A DNA stretch of 63,980 bases, filler included, from Sphacelaria rigidula (Eukaryota), in NCBI GenBank assembly GCA_964200075.2. It is 3 parts of 3 records of this genome, joined end to end, with 100 filler letters (N's around TTAATTAATTAA, not from the genome) between each part and the next. Parts side by side here need not be neighbours in the genome. Positions count along the whole stretch, not along the records: positions 21,579 to 43,054 come from CAXNAA020000418.1; positions 43,155 to 63,980 come from CAXNAA020000490.1; 1 more part is not named here. The stretch is one strand, 5' to 3'. The notes beneath the pieces were generated by a model, which was given only the letters and a program-made list of their open reading frames with translations, ran no database searches and was not told where the DNA came from. This document shows, piece by piece, positions 39,452 through 52,029 of the stretch. Position numbers and translations under genes: made by a program. Position 1 is the stretch's first letter. Every line of letters starts with the position of its first letter.

Positions 39452-41865
39452 CGCCACCACAGCGGCGCTACCGTTTGTATTTCAAGGAAACTTGAAGGTA
39501 CTCCTGCGTGCCTACGAGTACCTCGGCGAAAATAGGGGCTGATTCTTGAGGACTACGGTCGTTGAAGCATCGATGATGTGGTTAGTAATACGGCGAGGTA
39601 AAGGGTACTTGGTGTACATCAAACTGTACCGCGGGGATATTGCCGCCAGCTGTTGGTTGCGTACCGGTGTGAGCCCGATTAGCGAGCATAAACTTTGTCA
39701 TACTCTTATCCAAAATAGAATACGACATGTTTCAAAGCGTGGCATGCGGGATTGATCGAGCTCCAGCACCGAGCACAGGTTAGACGACAGTAGCAGGGCT
39801 TGGATGGGTCTTTAGCTTACAACCTGAAATGAAGCCATCTATTCACATAGATTTGCCTGGCTGGTGCACCCTTCAAAGGCAAAGCAGTGGCGGCGATGAT
39901 GAGGTGAGTGTGGTGGCCACGCACCCAGTATCGTACTCCCTGTACTGTTGTTGTACAACTATAGTTGTAGTATTGTACTCTCACACGCAAAGCGTAAGGC
40001 TTGTCCTTCGGCTACTATAGACTGTAAAACGGAGGGTGGCTAGCCGCAGTAAATCACGTACAGCAACCATGGATCGGTCGATAACCCAATTCAGATCGTC
40101 ACATGCGGTATTCTTCCGCGCCGTGCTTCGTCGCCACTACTGTCTGTTTGTATATCTGCAAGGTTAAGGTTACATCATAGGTAACCCGTTTGGCTGAACT
40201 TTCGGGGTTACCCACGATGCCACTGTCTGTACCGCACTGACCACATCGTATGCACTGACTACGAGTATGATGTACATGTGCGGAGGTGTAGTCTTTCACA
40301 CTGCACTGTTGTTGCCTGTACTTCATCGTGCTCTATAATCCTATGTCCGCCAGGGTGTGTCATTTACGTCTTGCAAACGCTTTTCAAGTCAAAATGATGC
40401 CGATTCAACAGATGACTCACTCTAGCGTTCCAAAGGTCGAGCCGTCGACACCGACGATTTTCGGATTTTTTTTGTCGTACTACTCGTGTACAAGTCGAGT
40501 CGCGAAAGTTCGCATCAGCACAGGTAGACGCCAAATGACTACTTCGCGGACAAATTATAAATATTTTGACCGCCAGCTTCATTTCGGAATAGTTTTCGGC
40601 CGGCAGTTCAGGGTTATCCAAGGATTTCCAGAGATTGGTGTGGTTTTCGACGGAGAGAGAATGCGGGTTCCCCAAGTTACGCAAAGAGTGTCCAGAATCT
40701 ACCATGTATATTTCCAGGAAAATTCTAGGAAGAAGAGCGTCAAACCTCGCTCGTAGCCAAGAATGAGGGGTCGTGTCACCAATTAACCCTCACACAGCGA
40801 AATTAGGTCATCTGTTGAAATGGTTTCAATTTCACTCGAATAAATTATGCATGGTCCAGATGGACTACCCTTGCGGTCTGAGTGTTGAATGCGGAAAACG
40901 ATGAGCTATGATACGTTACAAATTACAAACGACCTAATGATACCCACTGCTGGCAAATGCATGTCACCAACTTCTTGGAGAGTCCTTGACACACGTGCCC
41001 CCTTCCTTTTTATCGGGAGAGCTGCAGTGAGCACACCATGACATTCCGTGCATACCTCAGCCACAACGTTGGCTGCTGTGTGCAATGAAGAGCGATGCAC
41101 GGCACATTTTCGTCTGGCCACTGATGGAAAAGGTGAACTAAGGTCGTGCAGACAACACAGTCCTGTACCGTGCGCACACTTCAGTAGAGCTCGTTATAGC
41201 ACAGCACAGCATATTGGAAATGATGCAGACTGAAGAAAAACACACCCGCCCTGCTCCGAAAGCACAAAGACTGGGAAAACATAGCCAGAGACGATGTATG
41301 GATGTATCCTGATAGGATGACTGAGTAGAGCGAGAGTGCAGCACCACTTGCAGCTGCACGTGAACTCGATGACGTCGCACTTCACTAGACAGTACTTGTG
41401 AACACGATCAGATGTCAAAAGTGCACTTGTTGACCGGCTACGCTAGAAGGGTTGTCGGAACACTACTGCCTATACAACTGTCCGACATCCACCTCTTCAT
41501 GCCAGCAGGCGTTTTGCACACAACGACATGCCCACAAATCCTCCCTAGGCGACATTAGGCAATCTGACGAAGGGGTGGCATTCACTTCTGTAAGGCCGCT
41601 TCTTACAGACTGAAAAAAGTCTCTGAGAAAAGTCGTCCAAATGACTTTTGTCAGAGACTTTCTCTAGAGAAATCAGTTTTCAAAACCCCACCTTACAGAG
41701 TATGAAAAAATCATTGGGATTTGTACACCCGAGGCCATCATCTAGCCTGCGTGCAGACGCTGGTAGTGGTCATCATTTGCATTTTGTGCTTGTGCCACCT
41801 GCGGTGAGCCTGCGGTAAATCAACACGGAAATAATCCTGTCGAGGTACAGGATGGATGGGATGGC

Positions 41866-41945
41866 AACACACACACACACACACGCACGCACGCACACAC
41901 GCACACGCACACGCACACGCACACGCACACGCACACGCACACGCA
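41866..41945. repeat. (CA)n / (GCACAC)n microsatellite
   Basis: Read directly from the sequence. Confidence 0.95.
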
Positions 41946-42714
41946 AATGAGTCAGCTATACCGGACTTTCAAATGCACTAAGTGGCCTGTCACGCGGGGA
42001 AAAGTGGAACGAGTTCGAGATACGGTTCGTTTTACTGGGAAGCAAGATGGAGCGTTTTCCCGCTGTTTACTGCATCTGCAGAGCGATTGAATATTGTGGT
42101 GGCCCATGCGAGCGTTGCAGTCATTTGGTGGTGAGCCTCAGTTGACAACAAGTAGTAGCGGTCGATGCGTTTGTCCGCCGCATCTGGAAACAGCTTAAAA
42201 AATTCGATCGTTCTTGGAGTGAACATAGGTCAAACATGTTCGCGCTGATGCAGCAAAGACGCGACAAAGCATCACAGAGCTTACACACCGATCCCTATGA
42301 AAACACGCTAAAACACCCGCCACACAGTCACGTGTCTTTGTATCCGTTCTTACCTGCCCAAGACGCTTCCAACGCCTCAGAAGCGGATCTCATGTTTTGC
42401 TTTCAGACCCTCCCAATTGTACCCCGCCTGTTCCGGCGACAACCCGGCGTGCTCCGTCCCGACTTTTTAGGAAGGGACCCCCGATTGGGTCGGCGTCGGA
42501 TGGCGATGACGCTGTAAAACACGCCACTAACTGCGTAAGCTGAGCAACCAGGTTACCGATTTGTTTTGCGCGCTTACGTTTTTTTGCGGCAACTGTGATG
42601 GTAGTCGAGCTCGATCGCGTTGTGCGGCGTGGAAGAACCTCAACTCCACACAATGGGGATGATCGTACTACGTAGTGTTTATTTGGTGAGGCACCCACGA
42701 AGCAAAGTATAAGA

Positions 42715-43054
42715 CGTGGCTGTCTCTGGAAGTGGCGATGCCAAAAAAAAATCAAGTCAATTCAGGCTGTCATCCAAATGCAAGATAATCAGTAGGCTTC
42801 GGGTCGAGCAATCTCAGCAGGGTGCTGCTCACCCTTCATACGACTCGCCGAAGGCACCACGGCGCGTCACGCTTGGTGACTGAGTGCGAGCCTTATCCGG
42901 CGAAAACCTGGCGTGCTCCGTTCCGGCATTGTAGGGATGCGAGGTCAATGGTCAGATAGCTATGGCACGCATGATCATGAGTACCCCCATTCCCTCCCCC
43001 CCCCCCGGTTGGACACCCATGAGGCAGTGTAAAGGCCGTGGCTGTCTCTGGAAG
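42715..43054 (+). mobile_element. Poly-C-tailed retroposon, long form, followed by the start of another copy
   Basis: Ends GATCATGAGTACCCCCATTCCCTCCCC...; 43010-43054 repeats upstream family sequence. A partial short copy lies at 42426-42480. Confidence 0.8.
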
Positions 43055-43335
43055 NNNNNNNNNNNNNNNNNNNNNNNNNNNNNNNNNNNNNNNNNNNNTT
43101 AATTAATTAANNNNNNNNNNNNNNNNNNNNNNNNNNNNNNNNNNNNNNNNNNNNAAAATGCTTTGTGCGGTATCTCACCAACCAGACTGCCGAATTCCTC
43201 GAATGGGGTACTGTACGGTAGCTGCATGCACAGGACGTGTGCTCAAGCAAAAAAACAAAACAAAAAAATGCCTGTTAGGAACGCTGGAGCATCCACTCTG
43301 AATCTGAAACTACGTTCTGAATCTCACGAATATAG

Positions 43336-43990
43336 TGTAAACTCGTGCTCCCAGAGGTGACCACGGACATCTGCACACGAGATTTGTACTCGTTCCGGCA
43401 CTCCAGTTTCGTCGCGATCTACGCCACTTGTAGCTACTTTGTTGTTGCTGTCCTCTTCTGGTGTACTTCGCATAGCTGTAGAGCAGCGCGGTACATCACC
43501 GTGGTAAGTAACAATACACAGCACAACGAACTGTGAGTTTTCTCTCATTTTGACCCCCTCTCGAACAAAAAATTAATGAATTGTTCCGAGGCAGTTTCGT
43601 CGTGATATACGTTATTCGTAGCTATTTTGTTGTTGTTGTTCTCTTCTGGTATACTTCGCACAGCGTAGAGCAGCGCTGTACATCACAGTAATAAGTAACA
43701 GCCCACAGCTCCACGAACTGTGAGTTTTCCCTCATTGACCTCCTCTCGAACGAACAATCATGTATTGTTCCTAGACGGTTTCGTCGTGATATACGTTATT
43801 CGTAGCTATTTTGTTGTTGATGTTCTCTTCTGGTATACTTCGCACAGCTGTAGAGCAGCGCTGTACATCACAGTAATAAGTAACAGCCCACAGCTCCACG
43901 AACTGTGAGTTTTCCCTCATTGACCCCCTCTCGAACGAACAATCATGTATTGTTCCTAGACGGTTTCGTTGCGATAATACACGTTTGACA
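43336..43990 (+). repeat. Putative 5' LTR containing three tandem ~185-bp units (43404-43960)
   Basis: Starts TGTAAAC and ends GTTTGACA (TG...CA, imperfect inverted ends). Units start at 43404, 43592 and 43776. No second LTR copy is available to confirm it. Confidence 0.45.
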
Positions 43991-45201
43991 CATTCCAAAC
44001 CTACGTTACGTGCTCATTTGGAGCAGACAGCACTCGAAACCAGTGCCCCTTACCTGTGCACTACTTTTTTCGGCACCGCCCTCAGCATTGCCCCTGCTAT
44101 GCACAACATTCAGCCTTATTTCACATACGTACGTTGTCCCACTTCCGCTGTGTAACAAGCCTTGCCTGTGCACTACGAGGTCCGATCTCGTGGTCTACAT
44201 CCCAACCTTTGTAGAAGCTTTTGTGCTGCCCTACGCTGCACGATCTTTCGGTGCTCATCAAAAACAAACTTTATTGAACACCGCCAATCGTTTCTCAACT
44301 TGTGCCGGGGTAATACAGTTATAGTCTGCCTGTGACGCCACAATCGGAACACGTGTGAGTTGTACGACTTTCACGTACCAACGCTGCTACAGACAATTGG
44401 ATTTTCGCTTTTCTTCGACGCCATACGTCTGTTCTGTGCACAAGCCCGAGCTTCCGTTGACAGCTATTACCGCCACAACTTAGATAAGTTGTAGTAACCA
44501 GACCCTGGACATTGTTGTTACATACAGCAATTCGCTTGAATAAAAATATTCGAGTTCATTCGGTCCCAAGGTCCCCCCTGGCGCTATTAGGCTTCAGTAT
44601 CCCGTATTTCCGGATACAAGCTTCGGCCGTTGCACGTAGCATATCCTGGTGTCACGCTCCTTTGATTAGAGCCCGCAGACCAAACACACTGCCCCTGCCT
44701 TTTCAAGCACACAAGTTGCGTACGATTATCATGTCGCGTACAAATAGCGCTGGCTCTTCCCCTCAATTAGGAAACCAATCGCTTCGTCGGACACGGAGTC
44801 AAACCACTGGCGGTTCGAAATCTTTTGATATGAGTGTCACGTCACCTTTAACTCGTCGCCGTACGTATGCGAGCGCTGTTCGATCTTCGGGAGCTGAAGA
44901 CCAACCTCCGAGCGATACTCGTTCTTTGAGGCTTGAAGACAAGACTATGACGCCGCGACCTGTTCTCTCACGTTCCGACTCGGAGTCAGAGAACAGGCTT
45001 GTGCTACCGGCTGAGTCATTGGTTCCTGACGGACATGTCAGTGAACCCGTAACGGTAGATTCCGTAGCGCCCCCCTCGCTGCGTCCTGTTCTTCCGAATC
45101 TCAATGGGGATTCCGAAGTCAGGATTGTGCCCCCAGCAGAGTCGTTGCCCCTGGACACACGTGTCCAGCTTGGTCCTGTAACGGTTGCTTCAACCGTGGC
45201 A

Positions 45202-45500
45202 CCCCGTCGCATGACGGCTGACAACTCTCGAGACGATTCTTTCCCGACGAAGCATATCGCTTCTGGAGCAAGAGACTTTGTCACGCGGACTGCTTCCGTA
45301 CCCCGTCGAATGACGGCTGACAACTCTCGAGAAGATTTTGTCGCGACGAAGCATATCGCTTCTGGAGCGAAAGACTTTGTCACGCGGACTGCTTCCGTAC
45401 CCCGTCGCATGACGGCTGACAACTCTTGAGACGATCTGTCCCGACGAAGCGTATCGCTACTGGAGCGAGAGACTTTGTCACGCGGGCTGCTTCCGTTACG
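45202..45500 (+). repeat. Three 99-bp (33-codon) tandem repeats in the gag extension
   Basis: ccccgtcg(c/a)atgacggctgacaactct recurs at 45202, 45301 and 45400 (PRRMTADNSR..F..KHIASGA.DFVTRTASV). Confidence 0.9.
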
Positions 45501-46288
45501 GTTCCCTATCGCACGACTCTCGATAGTCCCGTGCGCCCTACTGCGCAGTCCAATGTTGGACCCGCAATTGCGGCCGTGCATGCTGCCATGCAAACTCTGC
45601 ATCGCGCTTCATCGGCGTCGTCGCACTCGCCAGCTTCAGCTCTCATCGAGGCATTTACGGCTTTCTGCCAGGCCACGCTCCAAGATCAATCGGCGTCTAC
45701 TCACGTGCAGTTCAATGATGATTCTTCATCTGCCACGCCCAAACCTGTACGTTTGGCGCCCCGATCGGCGACATCGCGCCCTCCGCTCGTCACTCATGAA
45801 AAATTCAACGAACATGAGTCCAGCCCCTCCTCAACATCAAACCAGAGTCTTACTCGCGCTTCTGACCGGCGCCGCACACCGACACTTGGTCACGACCACG
45901 CCTCCCGTTCTGGCAGTTCCAAGGGCAACTCCCAGCAAAGCTTGAAAACATCGCGCGCTTTTACGTTCTTGTGTTTTTACACGCCCGAAGAACATCGCTC
46001 ACGGTCGCAAATATGACGGCAGTTCACGCCACAGTTCCACTTCATCGCGCGCTCCAAAGCGCCCGGTGAATGCCAACCGTGAACATACTCACGAGGATGA
46101 TTTGTGGGACAGGTCAAGTTCTTCGCGCGTTCACACGCGCTCGAAAAAAAACGATCATACACCCGCGCGCACCTCTCCTGCTCCGCATCTGTCACGCCGC
46201 CATCATGTGCGCCATGATAACGCTGTACATGCTGATAAAATCCAAAACATATTTTCGGACATGTCACCGGCTCTGGAATCCTCAATTA

Positions 46289-46694
46289 ACCAAGGATTCT
46301 ATAAAATGAGGTTCATCAATGAAATGAGGTTCGAGCCCAAAACATTACTTTCTCCACACTTTCAGCGATGGTGCCCGATGACGTTTTTGTCGGCCTAATG
46401 CCCCTCCATCGCGTAGGTACTTTTTCAGCGCATTTTACCGATTCTGGGAGCTTACAGCGCTGACCAAAACTGCTGTTTTCCCTGATATCACCCCCCCTAA
46501 AACATGAGTAGAAATGGCGGTTTCGGACAACGCTGTAAGCTCACAGAGTCGATAAAATGCGCTGAAGAAGTATGTACGCGATCGAGGGGCCGACAGAAAC
46601 GTCATTGGGCACCATCGCTAAAAGCGTGGAGAAAGTACTGTTTTGAGCTCGAACCTCATTTCATTGATGAACCTCATTTTATAGAATCCTCTGT
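46289..46694. mobile_element. Tc1/mariner-type foldback MITE inserted in the Gypsy gag region
   Basis: ~190-bp imperfect TIRs (AC(CA/AG)AGGATTCTATAAAATGAGGTTCATCAATGAAATGAGGTTCGAGC...) flanked by TA at 46287-88 and 46695-96. Confidence 0.9.
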
Positions 46695-47696
46695 TATTTG
46701 AAGAGTCCGGCCGCACCTCATCGCAAAATCGACGACCCCGCACTGACCGCGAACCACCGTCCCGCTCCGATGCTGCGACTATTTGCTCTCTTTAACATCG
46801 ATTGACAGAACTTGAGCGCCAACTCTCAACAATGGACAACACAAGATCCACTGCCGCTGCCGCCAAGATCACCACGGAGCCCTCTGGCGTTCCTGCAGCA
46901 ACTACTGCCGCAACACCTGCCGCTGCCGCCGCCGCTACCTTGGCCGCTGAGCCTTCTGCGACGCCAACTACACTCACGGCTCCAAAACCCGTGGCCGCCC
47001 CGTCCGCAGTCGACACCGACGCGGATAGCGGTCCCACCACTGACCCGGTCGAAGATGCCCCCGTGCGCTCGCCCCCATCCGTAGAGGATCTCCCTCCGCT
47101 CGGCGACGAGTGCTGTCCGACTGGCCTCCTCTTGAGGCTGTTCCGAAACCGCCCCCGCACGGAGCAGCTATAACTCATTGACGACTACGCGTCACAAGCA
47201 CCAGCACTAGCACAAGACATCCTCGACCAGCAACGCGAAGCTGACGCTGACGCTGCCCGCCTCCTTCTGGACTAGCACGCTGAGAAGCAAAATGATCTTC
47301 AGCGGCAGGTCTCCAACGCTCAATGCACGAGCACGGCTGCGCAACGAGCGCTGCAGGAAGGTCGCACTGCAGCCATGGCGGCTCAGAGACGGGTACTCGA
47401 GCTGGAAGACCATGTCCGATGGACGGCTCAAGAAGCGGCTTCGTCGGTGGCGCGCTTGTCCAACCATCAAGCCTCTCCGCCTTCCACCAGCAGCTTGCTC
47501 AGTGCCCGTCCGCCTCGCCAGCCAACGACCAACATGTCTACTTACGTAATACTACCTAAGTCCGACAAGACGTCGTATGCTGCGGCCGCTGCCGCCCCCA
47601 CGACGGCTCCAGCACCGCCACCTCGTGGAGCTAGCTCGGCGGCGAATGCCGTCCCTGCCCAAGGCTTGCAACTGGCGCCCCACGACCGAGAATGGC

Positions 47697-47883
47697 TTTC
47701 TCGTTCCGTGGCCGCCCATACCGGTCCCTTCCATCGCAGCAACCACCTTCATTGCTCCCGCGATGCATAGACCCTTATTTCGCAGCAACCTTTCTCGTTC
47801 GTGGGGCGCCCATACCGGTCCCTTCCATCACAGCAACCACCTTCATTGATGCCGCGATGCATGGACCCTTATTTCGCAGCGAA
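47697..47883 (+). repeat. Two ~93-bp tandem repeats in the gag extension
   Basis: tttctcgttc...cccataccggtcccttccatc.cagcaaccaccttcattg...gacccttatttcgcagc is duplicated. Confidence 0.85.
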
Positions 47884-50800
47884 TGTTTTACGCCGTTGGC
47901 GTTTACGTGGACCAGGGCGGATTCTTCCCCAAAGAGGCCGTATCGGTGCTCACCTTGGGCCAACTGGTCCTCCAAACGACCATTGGTGATCACCAGGAAC
48001 ACTAGACTTACGTTGACGCGGTCACCAGACTTTTTGCGGCGCTCCGCACCGCTTACAACACTCACCCCGGCGCCATTATCGCCGACGGAGGCAAAGATGA
48101 AGATGGGTGGACTCTCGCAACCACCAACTGCCGGGGACAGAAGAAAAATCACCGGCGAGATGACGACGACAACGATGGCGGAAATTCATGCCGCCGCCAT
48201 GGCGGTGGAGGATGTTCTTCGGGCGGTTCCGGACCGAATCGCCCGCCTCGCCACCCGCACCGCAGGAAACCCAGAGGTAACTCTCCCGGTTCTTCCGCGA
48301 CTGGCTGGAAACGGTCTGGTTCAGACCTTCCTCCCTCGGGTCCGGCGACCCCCAAGCAAGTGATTCCTAAATTGGCTGATGTTTCGGCCAGCATTTTAGG
48401 TTTATCCGATACGGACACACCTGACCGTCCTTTGTCTTCTACTGCAGCCCACGCCTTAGCAACCGCTACGACTGACAATAAACGCTCCGAAGCTAGCAAT
48501 AAAGCAGCTTCCGATAAGGCCGAGTCTGCCCGAGTAGCTGCAATACAGAGACAGTATATTCAGATGGATGTGAAAAAAACTCTGGCACATCAAAACCATG
48601 CCTGCTGCGGATAACGAAGATTCGAGCCAGTTTACTTCTACCCTTTTCACGCCCATCCGCCGCACTGTTTGCAACATCCTTCACTTGGCGGATGCAACTG
48701 GCACACAACGTTTCGAAGATTCCGACTGGGTAGAGGGCTGGCAGACTCCCTTGCACAAAGCATTGCATCGATCCATCAGCCACCACTCTCCCGACCTCGC
48801 TGCTTCTTGAACGCAGATTCTCGACGGCTTCCTCGCCGAGATGGATCCGGACCGTGCCCAGGGGAAGGCAGGCCCGGTATTACTCTCTGATGTGGAGAGG
48901 CGTTTAATTGGTTACTTCGACAAAAGTGACCAGGCCAGCGCCATCCAAAGGCTGAGTTTTTTCGTCGTCGCATCGGATGTCCCCTTTGCGAATTATCTCC
49001 GCGAATTTAAGCTTTTGGTTTCGGATATGACGGGTGTCGGGCGCCAGAACGGACCGAGCGATGCAATGTGTCCGACTTACGTTCGCAATAGCGTTGCTCA
49101 ACAGTATCCGGTTCTAGTGCCGTCGTTGTTTCCAGGTGTTTTGGCGCATCGCGAGGTGCCTTACGCCTCCGTTGATACTATGTGGTGTGCTTTTGTACAC
49201 CAAGAGGGTAATCTAACGCCTGCCATAGGTGGCAAACCTTCTACGCCTTTGCGTTCACAACCTACGGTTGTGTCCTCCGCTCATGCCCAAGGGTCTCGCG
49301 GCAGGAATTTGAGCTCATCCCGCGCTTCATGGACCCCCGACTCGGTCGGCGGTTCAGTTATGCATGTTCAAAGTACCAGAGATGCATTTAGCGCGAGTTT
49401 TGACGGTTGTCCGTTTTCCGAGGAAACTTGGGATGATGTTTATTTGACTTCAACAACGGTATTCATTACCGATGACCCCCATTTGAGGAACCCACTTATT
49501 TCGTCTTCCGCTAGACGTAATGCCTTCAGCAGTCATGCCAACAGCTGTATCAACTGTACTGTTCAACGCCACAGTATGCGCGACTGCGACAGTCCATGCA
49601 TCAATGCCTTTGATCTCATGAACCCTGAATTGCAGGATAATGAACCCGCGTGGCGCCGATGGCAAAAACGCATGCGCGACTACCGCCCACCTAATCGAAA
49701 TTACCGTAACAACTCAAACCAACGTTGCAACAAAAGCTCTAATCGCGGTTGCCGACAAAACAACAATCACGGAAGCCCTCGCCAGAACGATCAAAATTAT
49801 CGTGACGACAAACGTTCCGTTGATGGACACCAGCGGACGGGACCGACACAAAGCTCGAACCCCGACACCAGAAACCCTGGTACCTTCACTACGGATCGCC
49901 TAGATTCATGACGTGCCGACGTCGGCATTCTTCGGTCTTCCACGCCGCCGATAGCACGAGCGAAGACTTTCTCAACACAGCCCGCGGAGTCCGTGTCAAA
50001 AAATGCTCACTCGACTCCCCCGGCACTATCCAGGAGCGTAACTGACGGCCGTTCAAATTGACCCCCGTCTCCAACTTCCTCACAATTTTCAAGACAGCCC
50101 GCAGAGCCCGCGACCAAGATTGTCCGCCCGGCTCCCCGGCACTATGCAGGAGTGCATCTGACGGCCGTTCAAATCGACCCCTGTCTTCACTGCTCCACAC
50201 ACCGCGTAACAGTTGTGTCACCCCGCGACTCAGACCTACACCCGGCTTTGAACTTGTTCCTTCAGTGCCGAGTATAAGTCTGAGGTGTGAGAAGACCAAC
50301 CGTGAGGCAAAGGATTCCCTCAGCGACCGCACGCACAGGTAGTAGCAAGCCTTTGTTCAGCTGACCCAAGTGTTGCTGATTTGAACTTGACCACAGCGGA
50401 TCATGTAATTCCCAATCAGTTGGATCGAGCTCCTTCCCCGCGATTTTCAACACGCACGGACCTACCTTCGGCCGCTTCTAATAACAACCGCCCCAACATA
50501 TCTTCGGTTATGCCCCAAACAGCCAAGCTTGCCTACGGAAAGCAGCCCACAAGTTTGGCTCCGTCATGCCCCGATGCTGACCCCATCCACGCAACCGGAC
50601 GCAGTTGTGGTTTCATCACAAACCTTTTTGGAAGTCCCCCGACCTTTTGTCCCGGCGAAAGAGAAAGCCCCGTAAGCATGCCCCCAAGGACGCGCGCGCA
50701 TCATCACGTACACCCCTTTCGAGCGGAAATCCTCGACCTCTATCTCTCCAAAATCCGACGACTTTGAGTTCGACGACTCTATTAAGTATCCCGGAAGAGA

Positions 50801-51071
50801 CAAAATCAAATAACTCTAACGCCACCACTTCTTCAATCGATGACTCCAGCCCCGCACATTCTGGATCCCCCTTGGACGGTGATCCCTGCCAACCGAAGAC
50901 GATAAATTACAAAATCGCCAATGGTCACTCTGACCGTGCCACACCTGGAAATAACACACCATCCACGCCCTTCTCTGGTGAAACATCTGACCCACCGGCG
51001 GATCACTCGCCGTGCGTTTTTGCTGTCAGTCCCGCTGATCCTGACAAGTTTATCTTTCCGGAACACGTAAA

Positions 51072-51440
51072 GTGTCTGTAGATCCGCCTACTTTCACTAC
51101 TCGCATTGCGATCCATTCCGGTCCAAACGCTATCACGCCTACGAAATGCGTGTCGTTCTTGGACAGCGGCAGCCCGCAAACATTTCTTCGTGAATCAACA
51201 TGGAAACACATTAGACAGACTGGCGCTGCTACTGCAGCTTGCGAAACCACCACCAAACCTCGCGTGTGGGGCGGTTTCGGTGATTCTGCCGCGTCACTGA
51301 CGACACGTAAATCCGTACGATTCAGAGTGCAATTCTTTCACAACACCACTCGATCTGCCACACTGGCAGTCTGGGCATACATTGTCCCCGACAGCACAAT
51401 GCATCACGTCATATTATTGGGCAGAGATAGCATATGCGGT
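51072..51440 (+). pseudogene. pol: Retropepsin aspartic protease
   Basis: FLDSGSPQTFL catalytic motif (D at 51162) and ILLGRD motif. Confidence 0.9.
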
Positions 51441-52029
51441 TCAACAAACGCACCTCCCGCACGCTTCCACCACTAATGCCACATTCCACGCCGCGTGGAG
51501 AATTCAACCTCGAGCACTTCGGTACTCTCCACGGCGCCCTGGCCTATCAGAAGAGTCCTCAAACAACCGGAGCTGCTTACCACCTACGATATAACGGTAG
51601 GGTCGGTATTACACTCTCCGACGACCCGCAACTTCTTGAAGTTGCACTAGTTCGCCGAAATGGCATGTCAGCACTTACGGGCCATTATCGTGCCGAAATG
51701 TTGCCCCGTATCGGCGAACCAGCCGACACAGAACATCTTGTGTCGGCGGGACAACAACTCCTCCCTCTTACGGGTCATGCTAACTTGGAAGCCGGCGATG
51801 GTTTAGGAATCGCCGCTGCTCCCCTGATGCACATCCCACTCGAGACGTGCGTCACAGAGCCTGCCGCGCCAAACGCCACATCCCCGGCGGAGTCAGTCCA
51901 ATGTGTCGATGAACCCTATTTCGACCTCGCCTCCGCGACTCCATCCCAGGTCCACACCATGGATCCTGCCCAGGCAATTCCGATCCTCCTGCTGAAGTGC
52001 TTCAATGCGTATCGCCAGATTCTCGGAAT

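Larger units (their letters stand above)
44731..49911 (+). pseudogene. gag: gag-like region: very long S/R/P/A-rich N-terminal part plus capsid-like core and zinc knuckle
   Basis: A chain of + strand ORFs runs from ATG 44731. The 48598-49911 core contains CINCTVQRHSMRDC (CX2CX4HX4C, 49546-49587) followed by an N/R-rich tail. Confidence 0.75.

Noticed and set aside
42860-42990. Hammerhead or HDV-like ribozyme in the C-tailed retroposon
   Set aside because: There is no CUGANGA...GAAA core, and an HDV-like P3/P1 pairing could be sketched but no P2 partner was found. Not supported by eye.
43404-43960. 185-bp repeats as a CRISPR or satellite array
   Set aside because: There are only three contiguous copies with no spacers, directly upstream of Gypsy gag.
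44799-45602. 267-aa antisense ORF in the Gypsy element
   Set aside because: It is a shadow of the GC-rich tandemly repeated sense ORF, with no independent evidence.
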